A stretch of 64,000 nt of DNA from Acidobacteriota bacterium (GTDB taxonomy: Bacteria; Acidobacteriota; UBA6911; RPQK01; JAJDTT01): NCBI GenBank assembly GCA_965263035.1, contig OZ253580.1, forward strand, positions 6,080,001 through 6,144,000. The letters are read 5' to 3'. Each line of letters begins with the position of its first letter. Position 1 is the stretch's first letter. A program made the translations under genes and the position numbers. Shown here piece after piece: positions 39,331-49,139 of this stretch. The notes under the pieces were generated by a model that saw only the letters and a program-made list of their open reading frames with translations, searched no databases and was not told the DNA's origin.

Positions 39331-40288
39331 CCCCGGCCCGGTCCAGGCCGGCTCGTTCCGGATCTCGCTTCCAGTCCTCCAGCTCGGGCCCCGCCAGCCG
39401 GCGGGCGCGATCCCTGAGGGCTGCCATCTGCGGTTCCTCCAGAGCGGCGAAGCGCTGGGCGATCCGGACGTCGTCCTCGATCTGCCCCAGTGTGGTGGCG
39501 CCCATGGTCAGGCAATGGATGGGGAGGCTGAGGACGTACTGGAGGCACTGTTCGACGCTGAAGGATTGGAGCAGCTTGGCGTTGGCCAGACTCTTCATGC
39601 CCTGGATGCCCAGTCCCTGGCGGACGGCCTCGGGAAGCACGACCTGCTCGAAGCTCAGGTAGGAGGGGTCCGCGGGATTCAGGGGCATCAGGATGGTGTC
39701 GAACTGGTCGTAGCGCTTCAGCATCTCCATGTGGACGTGGGGATCCGTATGCCCGGTGAAGCCGATGAACCGGGTCTTGCCGCTCCGCTTGGCCTCCTCG
39801 AAGGCCTCGATGGCGCCGCCGGGACCGAAGATCTGGTCCACCTCCTCCATCCGGCCGACGGAGTGGATCTGCCACAGGTCCACGTAGTCCATCTTGAGCC
39901 GCTTCAGGGAGATCTCCAATTCCTTGGCGGCTCCGTCCCGGGTCCGATCGGCACTCTTGGTGGTCACGAAGACCTCCTTGCGGAAGGCGGGCAGCACCTC
40001 GCCGTACACCTCTTCGGAACGTCCGGACCAGTAGGTATGGGCGTTGTCGAAGTAGTTGATCCCGAGCTCGTAGGCCCGAAGCGTCACCGCCTTGGCGTCC
40101 TCGAAGGAGATCAGAGGAAAGCGTCCTCCGGCCTGCCCAACGATGGTCAGCTTTTCTCCCGTCTTGCCGAAGACGCGCTTGGGGATGTCCCCGCCGGTCG
40201 CCGACGGGACCGGGTTCCGGCCCCAAGCCTTGCTCCTGAGAGCAAACAAACCGGTCAGGGCGCTGCCAAAAAAGGTTCTGCGACGCAT
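39314..40288 (-). CDS. Aldo/keto reductase with TAT-like leader
   Basis: MRRRTFF, GINYFDNA..Y, SLKRLKMDYVDLWQIH, GKTRFIGFTGH. Confidence 0.9.
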   Translation of the reverse strand: MRRRTFFGSALTGLFALRSKAWGRNPVPSATGGDIPKRVFGKTGEKLTIVGQAGGRFPLISFEDAKAVTLRAYELGINYFDNAHTYWSGRSEEVYGEVLPAFRKEVFVTTKSADRTRDGAAKELEISLKRLKMDYVDLWQIHSVGRMEEVDQIFGPGGAIEAFEEAKRSGKTRFIGFTGHTDPHVHMEMLKRYDQFDTILMPLNPADPSYLSFEQVVLPEAVRQGLGIQGMKSLANAKLLQSFSVEQCLQYVLSLPIHCLTMGATTLGQIEDDVRIAQRFAALEEPQMAALRDRARRLAGPELEDWKRDPERAGLDRAGGEVHG

Positions 40289-40593
40289 ATTCTTTCCTCC
40301 AGAAGCACTGGCCTTAGATTGCCGCCATAATATCGCATGTTCCCGACGGTCGAAAGCCCGGCGGTCCCCGTCCATCGGCTGTTCGACTCCCGTCTCCGGC
40401 CATGGATACGAACATCCGGTGGCAACCGCCCACCAGCGTGATTCGACTTCTTCCCCTCCCGTTCCGCGCTCCTCCCGGCCGGTGCCGTCAGCATGTCAGG
40501 TTGTCCGTCCTCAGCTTCGGACCTCACTGAAACACTCGCTACGGAAATGCAGTTTGCAATGGGAAACACTCCTTGAATCTCCTAAACTCCTAA

Positions 40594-40752
40594 CAGCCCG
40601 TGGCGAAAGTCCCGCGAGCACCGAGACCGGTCCTGCGCCCGCCGGACCAGGCGCGATGAGGGAGCATACCGGGAGTATGTGAGCCGATAGCAACGCAGTC
40701 CGCGCACGATGCAGGGACGGTCGAATGCCGTGACGACTTTTGCCACGGGCTG
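40594..40752 (+). mobile_element. MITE family B, copy 1
   Basis: TIR CAGCCCGTGGCGAAAGTC/GACTTTTGCCACGGGCTG; TSD CTAA. Confidence 0.88.
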
Positions 40753-40822
40753 CTAATCCTGAAGGCTGTTCTCAAGACACCACCGAGATTCCTCAGGATC
40801 GGAACATTTTGGAGATTATTCG

Positions 40823-42898
40823 ATGAAGCAAGCCGGCAGAATCTTCTTGATCACCATGCTTCTGGTGTTCGTGGCGGGGCAGCCCATCCTGGGCGAAGAA
40901 ACTGACGCTTCGCTGCATGATCTCCAACTCTCGGAGGGGCCCCCGGAAGCCGGTTTCATGGGTCAGGCTCTGGCGGGCAAGTTGTCTGAAGGGAAGCTGA
41001 GTCTGACTCCGGCGTTCAAACCGGCCGTGGATACCTACACGGTTACCGTGTCTCAGCCGCTTCTGGCGATCAGGGCGCGGGCGGGCGCCGGGGTGAAGAT
41101 GAGTGTCAGCGGAACGGCCCCCGGCGGCGACGAATTGAGGGTCGCCAACCGATTCAGTATCGGCAACGCCAACGACCATGGCGCGTTCATGAGCGCGACT
41201 ATGTCCGAACTTGCTGCGGGAGAGAACGTCATGACGGTGACCGTCTCGGACTCCAGCGGCTCCTCGACCCACAGCTACACCGTGACGGTAACCAGGATTG
41301 CTACTGCTGATAAAGCCCCCGTGGATCTGGATGACCTTCAACTGTCGGAGGGGGCGCCGAAACCGGGATTCATGTTCAACGCCCTGGCCGGCAAGTTGCC
41401 TGAAGGCGACTTGACTGTGACACCGGCGTTTGAACCGCAGGTGACCTCCTATGCGGCCAACGTGTCCCAACCGCTGGTGACGGTCAGAGCCCGCGCAGCC
41501 GCGGGTGTGGAGATTCGTGTCACCGGTACGGCAGCCGGTGGCGATGAATTGACCACCGGCAACCGATCCCGGGTCAGCAACGCCAGCGGCCATGGTACGT
41601 TCCTGAGCATAACGCTGTCGGGGCTCACTGCAGGGGAGAACCTGGTCACGGTGGAGGTCACGGATCCGGACGGCGCGGAAACGCGAGGGTACAAAGTGGT
41701 GCTGACCAGGGTCGCGCAGAGCGCCGGCGACACGGCCCAGAGCGCTCAGACAACAAAAGCTCTGCAGGCCCCTGAAGCGGTACGGCCAGGCCCTGAGGCG
41801 GCACGGCAAGCCCGCGAGGAAAGGCTGCAAGAACGCGAGAAGGCACGGCAAGCCCGCAGGGAAGCACGGCAAGCCCGCGAGGAGGCACGAAAAGCCCGCA
41901 GGGAAGCGCGGCGAGCCGGCCAGACGGATGCTTCGAGCGACCAGAAGGGTCAGGATCTTCTCTCGTCGATCAGGTACAAGGACGCTGACGGAGTCAGACG
42001 AGCCATTGAAGCGGGTGAGAATGTCAACGAAATTATTCCCGGCAAAACCAGAGTATCACCGCTTCTTCTCGCGGTGGACAAGGAAGATACGGAGATCGTT
42101 CGATTGCTGATCGATGCCGGCGCTGATGTGAACCATATCCTTCCCAAGCAAGGATTTCAGAGTAACAGCTCCACCGGAATATCGGCCCTGCTCATGGCGG
42201 TGAACAAGGAGAATGCTGAGATCGTTCGGCTGCTGATCGAGGCCGGAGCCGACGTGAACCATGTCCTTCCCGAGCAAAAATTCCCCAGAAAGAGCGAAAC
42301 CGGCACCTCGGCTCTCCTCCTGGCCGTGGGTAGTGGGAATGAGGAGATCGTGCGATTGCTGATCGACGCCGGCGCTGACTTGAACTACGCCCTTCCCAAG
42401 CAGGGTTTTCCCAGCAAGAACGCGACCGGAACGTCGGCCCTCCTCGTAGCCGTGAAGAAGGGGAATGAGGAGATCGTCCAAGCGCTGATCGAGGCCGGCG
42501 CCGACGTGAACTATCCCCTTCCCAAGCAGGACTTCCAAAGCGATTCGATTAGCGGATTGTCGGCCCTGCTGCTTGCGGTCAGCGAGCGTAACGAGGCGAT
42601 CGTCCGGCTCCTGATCGAAGCTGGCGTCGATGTGAATGCCGCCTTTCCGGAGCAAGGGTTTCCCGCACGCAAATCAACAGGCGGAGTGTCGGCTTTGATC
42701 CTTGCGGTAAATTCGGGGCAGGAGGAGATCGTCCGGCTGCTGATCGAGGCCGGTGCCGACGTCAGTTACCAGATTCCGGGAAAACGCCGGATGGGAAAAA
42801 ATCCGAAAACCGCCGGCCTGACCGCATTGCGGGTTGCCAAAGCGAAAGACCACTCCGGGATCGCCGAATTGCTTCGAAAGGCTGGGGCGAAGCGCTGA
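40823..42898 (+). CDS. Secreted protein: two cadherin-like beta-sandwich domains, charged linker and ankyrin repeats
   Basis: Signal peptide; duplicated L.DLQLSEG..LTPAF..Y domain; ARQAR repeats; six ~40-aa SALL.AV...EIVRLLI.AGADVN repeats. Confidence 0.88.
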   Translation: MKQAGRIFLITMLLVFVAGQPILGEETDASLHDLQLSEGPPEAGFMGQALAGKLSEGKLSLTPAFKPAVDTYTVTVSQPLLAIRARAGAGVKMSVSGTAPGGDELRVANRFSIGNANDHGAFMSATMSELAAGENVMTVTVSDSSGSSTHSYTVTVTRIATADKAPVDLDDLQLSEGAPKPGFMFNALAGKLPEGDLTVTPAFEPQVTSYAANVSQPLVTVRARAAAGVEIRVTGTAAGGDELTTGNRSRVSNASGHGTFLSITLSGLTAGENLVTVEVTDPDGAETRGYKVVLTRVAQSAGDTAQSAQTTKALQAPEAVRPGPEAARQAREERLQEREKARQARREARQAREEARKARREARRAGQTDASSDQKGQDLLSSIRYKDADGVRRAIEAGENVNEIIPGKTRVSPLLLAVDKEDTEIVRLLIDAGADVNHILPKQGFQSNSSTGISALLMAVNKENAEIVRLLIEAGADVNHVLPEQKFPRKSETGTSALLLAVGSGNEEIVRLLIDAGADLNYALPKQGFPSKNATGTSALLVAVKKGNEEIVQALIEAGADVNYPLPKQDFQSDSISGLSALLLAVSERNEAIVRLLIEAGVDVNAAFPEQGFPARKSTGGVSALILAVNSGQEEIVRLLIEAGADVSYQIPGKRRMGKNPKTAGLTALRVAKAKDHSGIAELLRKAGAKR

Positions 42899-42989
42899 TG
42901 CCGGCCGGAGCTTTCGGGCAGGCGATCCGGCGTCACGAGACGCGACGCTCATATTCTTGAGCGAGTCAAGGAGAACAAGGAGAACAAGC

Positions 42990-43835
42990 ATGGATGAATC
43001 CCTCAAGATCATGGCCGTCATGTGCCATCCTGCCGACGCCATCGACCACGCCGGAGGAACCCTCTGCCTCCATGCCCAGCGGGGCGACCAGGTCACCACG
43101 GTGGTCTGCACCCACGGTGTGGACACCCACCACACGCGCCGCAACGAACTCATCAAGAGCGGCCGGCTCGATCAGGTCTCCGATCTGGAAGAGGCCATTC
43201 GAGAAAAGGAGGAGGAGGCGCGCCGAGGGATGAAGATCCTCGGGGTCCGCGACGTTCGATTCCTGCGTCTGAAGGACGATGTCGTGATCCAGAGCCGGGA
43301 ACTGATCGAAGCCATCGCCAAAGAGCTGGCCGACGTCCGTCCCCACCTCCTGATTCTCCACAACCCCACCGAGGAGCTGGGTTTCGCCCATCAGGAGACG
43401 GCGGTGGCGGCCCTCCGAGCCTGCGACCTCGTCAAGACCTCCAATTACGTCCAGGACGCCGGAGACCCGGTCACTCCGGCGCAGATCTTCTTCATCACCA
43501 TGTGCGGCCACACCAACCAGCTCTCGGCCGAAGGCCGGCGATTCGCCAATGTTTTGGTGGACATCACCCCGGTGGTGGAAAAGAAGGCCCGCGCCCTGGA
43601 CTGCGTGGCGAGCCAATACTACACGGGAGATCTGGGCCGCAAATGCATCGAAGTCACCAACGGAAGAATGGGCCTGCACTCCTCCGTCTCATACGCCGAG
43701 GCGTATCAGGTGCTCAATCCCCACGTCTATTCTCATCTGCCGGCCAACGAATACCTCATGCGCCAGGCCTCGAACTCCAAGAGTAGCCGGGGGGAGAGCC
43801 TTCAGATCCTGCTGGGCGGGTCCGGCCGGGGATGA
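42990..43835 (+). CDS. PIG-L/LmbE-family deacetylase
   Basis: CHPADAID..GGTL, VDITPVVEKK, YAEAY. Confidence 0.8.
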   Translation: MDESLKIMAVMCHPADAIDHAGGTLCLHAQRGDQVTTVVCTHGVDTHHTRRNELIKSGRLDQVSDLEEAIREKEEEARRGMKILGVRDVRFLRLKDDVVIQSRELIEAIAKELADVRPHLLILHNPTEELGFAHQETAVAALRACDLVKTSNYVQDAGDPVTPAQIFFITMCGHTNQLSAEGRRFANVLVDITPVVEKKARALDCVASQYYTGDLGRKCIEVTNGRMGLHSSVSYAEAYQVLNPHVYSHLPANEYLMRQASNSKSSRGESLQILLGGSGRG

Positions 43836-43854
43836 GATCGGAACCAGGGAAGGC

Positions 43855-45522
43855 TCATTTGCGCTTGAGGACGAAAGCCGCCGCCATCACGCTCAGGCAG
43901 CCCACCACGTTGTAGTAGAGAAACGACAACGAGGTGAATTCGCTGACCGCCCACACTGAGAGCATCCCCAGGATCAGTCCCCAGAACGCTCCCCGTGCCG
44001 TGGCCCAGGGGGCCAGGAAGGCCAGGAGAAAGACTCCCAACAGGGAGCCGTAGAAGTAGGAGCCGACCTGGTTGACCAGCTCCAGGAGTGACGCCTCCTG
44101 CTGGCCCACGTAGAGCGCGACCCCCGTGGCCAACACCCCCCAGGCCAGGGTGCTGAGACGAGCCACCCAGAGATAGTGCCGGGTAGAGGCCGCTCGAACC
44201 AGGTAGCGCCGGTAGAAATCCATGACCGTGGCGCTGGAGAGCGCCGTCAGCTCCGAGTCCAACGAAGACATGGCGGCGGCAAAGATGACGGCGATCATCA
44301 AGCCCAGGATCCCGGCCGGCACGTAGCGCACCAGATAGGAAGGAAAGACGTAGTTGACGTCGGTGGAGGAACGTCCCTGGACCGTCTCGACCAACGCCTT
44401 GGAGCGGCCTCGCAGGGCCTCCATCTCATCATGGTATTCCCGGATCCGGGAGCGGCCGGGCTCCAGGTCACCCCCCTCCTGGCGGGTTTGGACCAGGTCC
44501 AGCGTCGCCTGCCGCCGGAGCGAGTGAAGTTTCCGGTAGTCCTTTTCCAACTCCTCGTAGGCCGGACCCTGGCCGCTCTGGCGCACCTGCGCCTCCTCCG
44601 CCGGGTTGAAGATCAGGGGCGGCTGCTCGAAGTGGTAGAAGACGAAGAGCAGCACCCCGATGGCCAGGATCAAGAACTGCATGGGCACCTTGAGGAAGGC
44701 GTTGAAGAGGAGAGCGAGGCGGCTCTGGGTCAGGGATCGGGCCGTCAGGTAGCGCTGGACCTGGCTCTGGTCGCATCCGAAGTAGGCCAGGGCCAGAAAG
44801 AATCCCCCCACGAGCCCGGACCAGAGCGTATACGTCTTCCGGGGATCCGGAGAGAGGTCCACACTCTTCCACATCTCCTCGATTCCTCCGATATAGAAGA
44901 CGTCCCCGACGCCGACCTGGGGAGGCAGCTCGCCGAAGAGGGTCCAGAGCGCCGCGCCGATCCCGCCGAACATGAGCAACATCTGCAGCATGTCGGTCCA
45001 GATGACCGCCGTAATTCCCCCCGCCGCGGTGTAGAGAATGGTCACGGCTCCGATGATCAGCACCGTGACCCGTTCGTCCCAGCCCATCAGCACGGAGAGC
45101 ACCACCGCCGGAGCATAGAGGACGATTCCCGCGGCCAGGCCCCGGGAAACCAGGAACAGGAAACTGGTCAGGGAACGGGTCCGGGCATCGAAGCGCTGCT
45201 CCAGGAACTCGTATGCCGTGTAGACCCTCTGACGATAGAAGAACGGGACGAACAGAACGCAGAGAACCACCATCACCAGCGGCTGGGACAAGTAGACCTG
45301 AATGAACTTCATCCCGTAGCCGTAAGACTGCCCGGTGGTCCCGATAAAGGTGATGGCGCTGGCCTGGGTGGCCATGACGGAGAGGCCGATCAGACCCCAG
45401 GAAAGGCTGCGGTTCCCCAGGAAATAGCCTTCGACGCCGGAGCTCTTGCGGCTCTGGTACAAACCGACCAGGAGGATCAGGACCACGTAAAAGGAAAAGA
45501 TCGACCAGTCGAGACCTGTCAC
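43855..45522 (-). CDS. Sodium:solute symporter (SSS) family transporter
   Basis: YFLGNRS, AYEFLEQRF, AVIWTD, DQSQVQRYL, AAAMSSLDS. Confidence 0.92.
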   Translation of the reverse strand: MTGLDWSIFSFYVVLILLVGLYQSRKSSGVEGYFLGNRSLSWGLIGLSVMATQASAITFIGTTGQSYGYGMKFIQVYLSQPLVMVVLCVLFVPFFYRQRVYTAYEFLEQRFDARTRSLTSFLFLVSRGLAAGIVLYAPAVVLSVLMGWDERVTVLIIGAVTILYTAAGGITAVIWTDMLQMLLMFGGIGAALWTLFGELPPQVGVGDVFYIGGIEEMWKSVDLSPDPRKTYTLWSGLVGGFFLALAYFGCDQSQVQRYLTARSLTQSRLALLFNAFLKVPMQFLILAIGVLLFVFYHFEQPPLIFNPAEEAQVRQSGQGPAYEELEKDYRKLHSLRRQATLDLVQTRQEGGDLEPGRSRIREYHDEMEALRGRSKALVETVQGRSSTDVNYVFPSYLVRYVPAGILGLMIAVIFAAAMSSLDSELTALSSATVMDFYRRYLVRAASTRHYLWVARLSTLAWGVLATGVALYVGQQEASLLELVNQVGSYFYGSLLGVFLLAFLAPWATARGAFWGLILGMLSVWAVSEFTSLSFLYYNVVGCLSVMAAAFVLKRK

Positions 45523-45666
45523 GGCGTTGGACTTGGAAAGAGGAAAGAGAAAAGAGAAAAGAGTGGGGAGAGGAAAATCGGAGGCTGTGAGCTAGAAGAA
45601 ACACCGTCGGTCAGGGATGGGCGGGGGACGGGGGCTGCAGCAAGGTTTACCACGAACTCTCGGTTT

Positions 45667-45765
45667 TCAGCTGATGAGATACAGGAGAAGAGTCAGGACC
45701 AGGGTGTATCCGGCCACCGCCCAGTAGAGCCGGTTCCAGCGGAAAGGGTTCGAGTCGGCCGGCAT
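45667..45765 (-). CDS. 32-aa single-TM protein upstream of the SSS transporter (not in ORF track)
   Basis: Manual translation MPADSNPFRWNRLYWAVAGYTLVLTLLLYLIS; ATG overlaps an upstream TGA. Confidence 0.6.
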   Translation of the reverse strand: MPADSNPFRWNRLYWAVAGYTLVLTLLLYLIS

Positions 45766-45914
45766 CAGATGGCTCCGAAGTACTGGAGATCGGGATCGAC
45801 CCGAACTACGGCGTCGCGCCGGCGAATCTCATGATAGTGGGGCAGCATGAGATAGCTGCAGGGTGGCCAGAAGTTCGCCAGGAGGATGCATCCGGCCACG
45901 GTAGTCAGCCTCAG

Positions 45915-46074
45915 CAGTCCGTGGTGAAAGTCCCGCGAGCACCGAGACCGGTCCTGCGCCCGCCGGACCAGGCGCAACGGAGGGAGCCTGCCGGGAGTAT
46001 GTGAGCCGATAGCAACGCAGTCCGCGCACGATGCAGGGACGGTCGAATGCCGTGACGACTTTTGCCACGGGCTG
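45915..46074 (+). mobile_element. MITE family B, copy 2
   Basis: Homologous to 40594-40752; flanks TCAG/CCAG. Confidence 0.88.
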
Positions 46075-46108
46075 CCAGAGCCTTTCGGAGGAGCATCCGG
46101 GACACCGG

Positions 46109-47401
46109 TCAACTCTCGCCTCGGATCTTGGCGCCTACGCCGCGCAGCCTGTCCACCACGTTCTCGTATCCCCGCAACACCACTTCGGCGTGCTCGATTC
46201 GGGTGTCGCCCTCGGCGCACAGGCCGGCCACCAGAAGCGCCATGCCGGCCCGAATGTCGGGAGACTCCAGCTGCTTGCCGCGGAGACGGCGCGGGCCTTC
46301 CACCAGAACCCGGTGGGGATCGCACATGGTGATCCGGGCTCCCATCCGAACCAGCTTGTCCACGAAGAACATGCGGGCCTCGTACATCCAGTCGTGAACC
46401 AGGCACAGACCCTGGGCCTGAGTCGCCAACACGATCACCAGCGACACCAGGTCGGTGGGAAACAGTGGCCACGGGCCGGCGGTGAGCTGCGAGGGATTGA
46501 CCATTCTGGAGGCCTCGACCTGCAACCCGCCTTCACAGGGCCGAAACTCGATTCCGAAGCGCTCCAAGACGGGGATGACGCCCATCAGATCCTGCTGCCC
46601 CACTCCTTGGAGGCGAACCGATCCGTGGGTGACGGCAGTGGCGATGGCCAGAGTGCCGGCATCGATGTAGTCCGGCGGCACGTCGAACTCCATATCCTCC
46701 CTCTGTTCATTCACACCAGTGAGAACCCGGTAGTAGAGGGGGTGGAGCTCGATCCGGCAACCCAACGCCCGCAGGAAGTCCACCAGGGCCAGAACGTGGG
46801 GCTCGCGGGCCGGGTTCCGGATGGTCCCGCCGCCCAAGGCCGAGAACAGAAGCAGGGCGTTCTCCGTAGCCGTGACCGACGCCTCCTCCAGATAGACCAT
46901 CGGGTCTTCCACCTGCCGGCTCTTGAAGATGTCGATGGAGGAACTCTCTTCCCGGACCCGGAAGCCGGCCGCTTCCAGGACCGACCAATGGACGTTGAAG
47001 GACCGGCGGCCGATGGGGCAGCCGCCGGGACTGACGCAGGAGACCCGGCCGAAAACGGCGGCCAAGGGACCCAGAAGCAGGATGGCGCCCCGGAGCTTTT
47101 CCACCAGATCGGCGGGAAGCTGCTCCGGCTTCAACCCGCTCGAGTCCATATGGAGGTCTTCTCCCTGCCATTCGGCCTCCACGCCCACGACCCGGACCAG
47201 CCGCAGAAGGTTCTCCACGTCGTCGATGCGGGGCACCCGGTTCAGAACCACGCGGGAACGGGCCAGCAGGACGGCGCAGATCAGCGGCAGGGCGGCATTC
47301 TTGTTGCCCTGGACCGGGTAGTCTCCGTAGAGGGTGTATCCCCCCTCGATGAGAAACTTGCGTGTCGGTGCCCGGTGGGTGTCTATCGCGGTCAAAGCCA
47401 T
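46109..47401 (-). CDS. murA: UDP-N-acetylglucosamine 1-carboxyvinyltransferase
   Basis: KNAALP, PGGCPIGRR (catalytic Cys), SVTATEN, FPTD, PDIRAG, RGYE. Confidence 0.95.
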   Translation of the reverse strand: MALTAIDTHRAPTRKFLIEGGYTLYGDYPVQGNKNAALPLICAVLLARSRVVLNRVPRIDDVENLLRLVRVVGVEAEWQGEDLHMDSSGLKPEQLPADLVEKLRGAILLLGPLAAVFGRVSCVSPGGCPIGRRSFNVHWSVLEAAGFRVREESSSIDIFKSRQVEDPMVYLEEASVTATENALLLFSALGGGTIRNPAREPHVLALVDFLRALGCRIELHPLYYRVLTGVNEQREDMEFDVPPDYIDAGTLAIATAVTHGSVRLQGVGQQDLMGVIPVLERFGIEFRPCEGGLQVEASRMVNPSQLTAGPWPLFPTDLVSLVIVLATQAQGLCLVHDWMYEARMFFVDKLVRMGARITMCDPHRVLVEGPRRLRGKQLESPDIRAGMALLVAGLCAEGDTRIEHAEVVLRGYENVVDRLRGVGAKIRGES

Positions 47402-48342
47402 TGATTTGGACTGACGATCAGGATCTCGGGTTCCAACTCGATGTCGAATCTCTCTCGGACCCGGATCGAGTATTTCCGGGCCAAAGCCAGCATATCACGG
47501 CTGGCTGCGCCTTCTTCGTTGACGAAAAGGTTGGCGTGATGAGGCGCGATCAGGGCGCCTCCGAGCCGCCGCCCCCGCGCGCCCACCTGGTCCAGGAGCT
47601 TCCCGGCCGGAATCTTCCCGTAAAAGATGAAATCCGTGGGAATCCTGCTCAGAACCTCCGGATCCAGCTCCTTCGCGATCACGTTCTTGAAGAAGCTTCC
47701 CGGGCATTTCAGCCCGGCCGGGTACTTGGCCAGGCGGGTGGCCAGGATCTCGTCCGAGACCGGCTGCAGCGGCTCGGAAGCCGGCTCCAGAGCCAAGGTG
47801 CAGGAGAGCATGAACCAGTCCCGCCGCTCCTTGACGAGGCTATGGCGGTAACGGAAGTCCAGGTCCGATGCCGGGAGGGTCCGAACACCCTCCTTCGGCG
47901 ACCAGAGAGACACCTCCCGAATCCGGTTCCCGATCTCCTGCCCGTAGGCACCCGCGTTGCCCACCACGGCTCCGGCCAAAGTCCCCGGAATTCCGTAGAG
48001 ACGCTCCATCCCGGCCAGACCGAGTCCGTTGACCCAGCGGATCGTCTCCCCCAGGTCCTCCCCTCCCGAAACCCGGACCTCGTTCCCGGCACGTTCCCGT
48101 CCCCGCAGACGATTCCGTACGACCAGCCCCTCGTATCCGGCGTCGGCGAAGAGTACGTTGCTTCCCGCTCCCAGAAAGAGAACCGGCAGACCCTGGCGCC
48201 GGGCCCATCCCCAGGCGGTGTCCAGTAGTCCCGGGTCGCGCAATTCCAGCAGCCAACGGCCTCTTCCGCCAATGGCCAGCGTGGTCAGGGGAGCCAGTAG
48301 AGCTTCCGGACGGAGTCCCAACTCGGCAGGCGGGGCATCCAT
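47392..48342 (-). CDS. murB: UDP-N-acetylenolpyruvoylglucosamine reductase
   Basis: GAGSNVL, GIPGTLAGAVVGNAGAYG, FRYRHS, GSFFKN, HANLFVN, LEPE. Confidence 0.95.
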   Translation of the reverse strand: MDAPPAELGLRPEALLAPLTTLAIGGRGRWLLELRDPGLLDTAWGWARRQGLPVLFLGAGSNVLFADAGYEGLVVRNRLRGRERAGNEVRVSGGEDLGETIRWVNGLGLAGMERLYGIPGTLAGAVVGNAGAYGQEIGNRIREVSLWSPKEGVRTLPASDLDFRYRHSLVKERRDWFMLSCTLALEPASEPLQPVSDEILATRLAKYPAGLKCPGSFFKNVIAKELDPEVLSRIPTDFIFYGKIPAGKLLDQVGARGRRLGGALIAPHHANLFVNEEGAASRDMLALARKYSIRVRERFDIELEPEILIVSPNQWL

Positions 48343-48623
48343 GGGCAGCCTAGGCGACCCTCATTTTCCCTGAGGGGAAACCGGGTCTGACTGAAAGTGC
48401 CGGCGAATTCTCAACTATTACGGGCGGCATACGGACCACGGAGCCTTCCTGACGTGAATTGACGAGTTCGAGGGATAACCGGAAAGGGTGACATTCGGGG
48501 TGTTCTGCACAGTCATGGAACGTTTTCCGATTGACCCCTTTTCCGTTCTTTGAGAGATTCTGCCGGAGAACCGGCTCGGCGGACAAGGTCCCCGGTGTCG
48601 CCGGACCACGGAGGAGAGGAAAG

Positions 48624-49139
48624 ATGTCCATCAGCGCAGCCTTGTTGCCCGAGTTCGATCAGGAGATCGACGGCGCCCGCAGGACCTTGGAGCGGGTGCC
48701 GGAAGACCGGTTCGACTGGAAACCCCACCCCAAGTCCGGGAGCATGATCTGGCTGGCGAGTCACCTGGCCAACATCCCCTACTGGGCCATCATCACGATC
48801 CAAGACGACGAGTTGGACCTCACGCCCGGCGGAAAACCGCTCCCGCAGCCTCCGGCTCCCACCAGTGTGGATCAGCTCCTCGCCGAATTCGACCAGCGCG
48901 TCCGTGAGGCACGCGCCGCCATCGCCCACGCCGGCGACGAAGCCTTTTTCAGACCCTGGTCGCTCCTTCGAAACGGGGTCACCGTTTTCAGCATGCCCAA
49001 AGTCGCGGTCCTGCGGACCTTCGTCATGAATCATCTGATTCACCACCGCGCCCAACTCGGGGTCTACCTGCGCCTCAACGACATCCCGGTCCCCTCCATC
49101 TACGGTCCCTCTGCCGACGAGAACCCGGTGGGAATGTGA
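48624..49139 (+). CDS. DinB-family protein
   Basis: WKPHPKS, LASHLA, NHLIHHRAQLGVYLRL..PSIYGP. Confidence 0.9.
   Translation: MSISAALLPEFDQEIDGARRTLERVPEDRFDWKPHPKSGSMIWLASHLANIPYWAIITIQDDELDLTPGGKPLPQPPAPTSVDQLLAEFDQRVREARAAIAHAGDEAFFRPWSLLRNGVTVFSMPKVAVLRTFVMNHLIHHRAQLGVYLRLNDIPVPSIYGPSADENPVGM

Noticed and set aside
37033-39417. Long antisense ORFs (also 21460-23568, 24736-26802, 44176-45834, 50066-51940, 59017-60555)
   Set aside because: Shadow frames opposite well-supported genes in GC-rich DNA, with no recognisable motifs
40375-40405. GTTCGACTCCCGTCTCCGGCCA resembling a tRNA 3' end or att site
   Set aside because: The T stem does not pair and there is no upstream tRNA body or integrase
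41796-41910. Short direct repeats suggesting a CRISPR-like array
   Set aside because: In-frame coding repeats (ARQAR) without unique spacers; no CRISPR array or cas gene seen in the window
45535-45580. Purine-rich GAGAAAA tract
   Set aside because: Only two to three imperfect units; no supportable function
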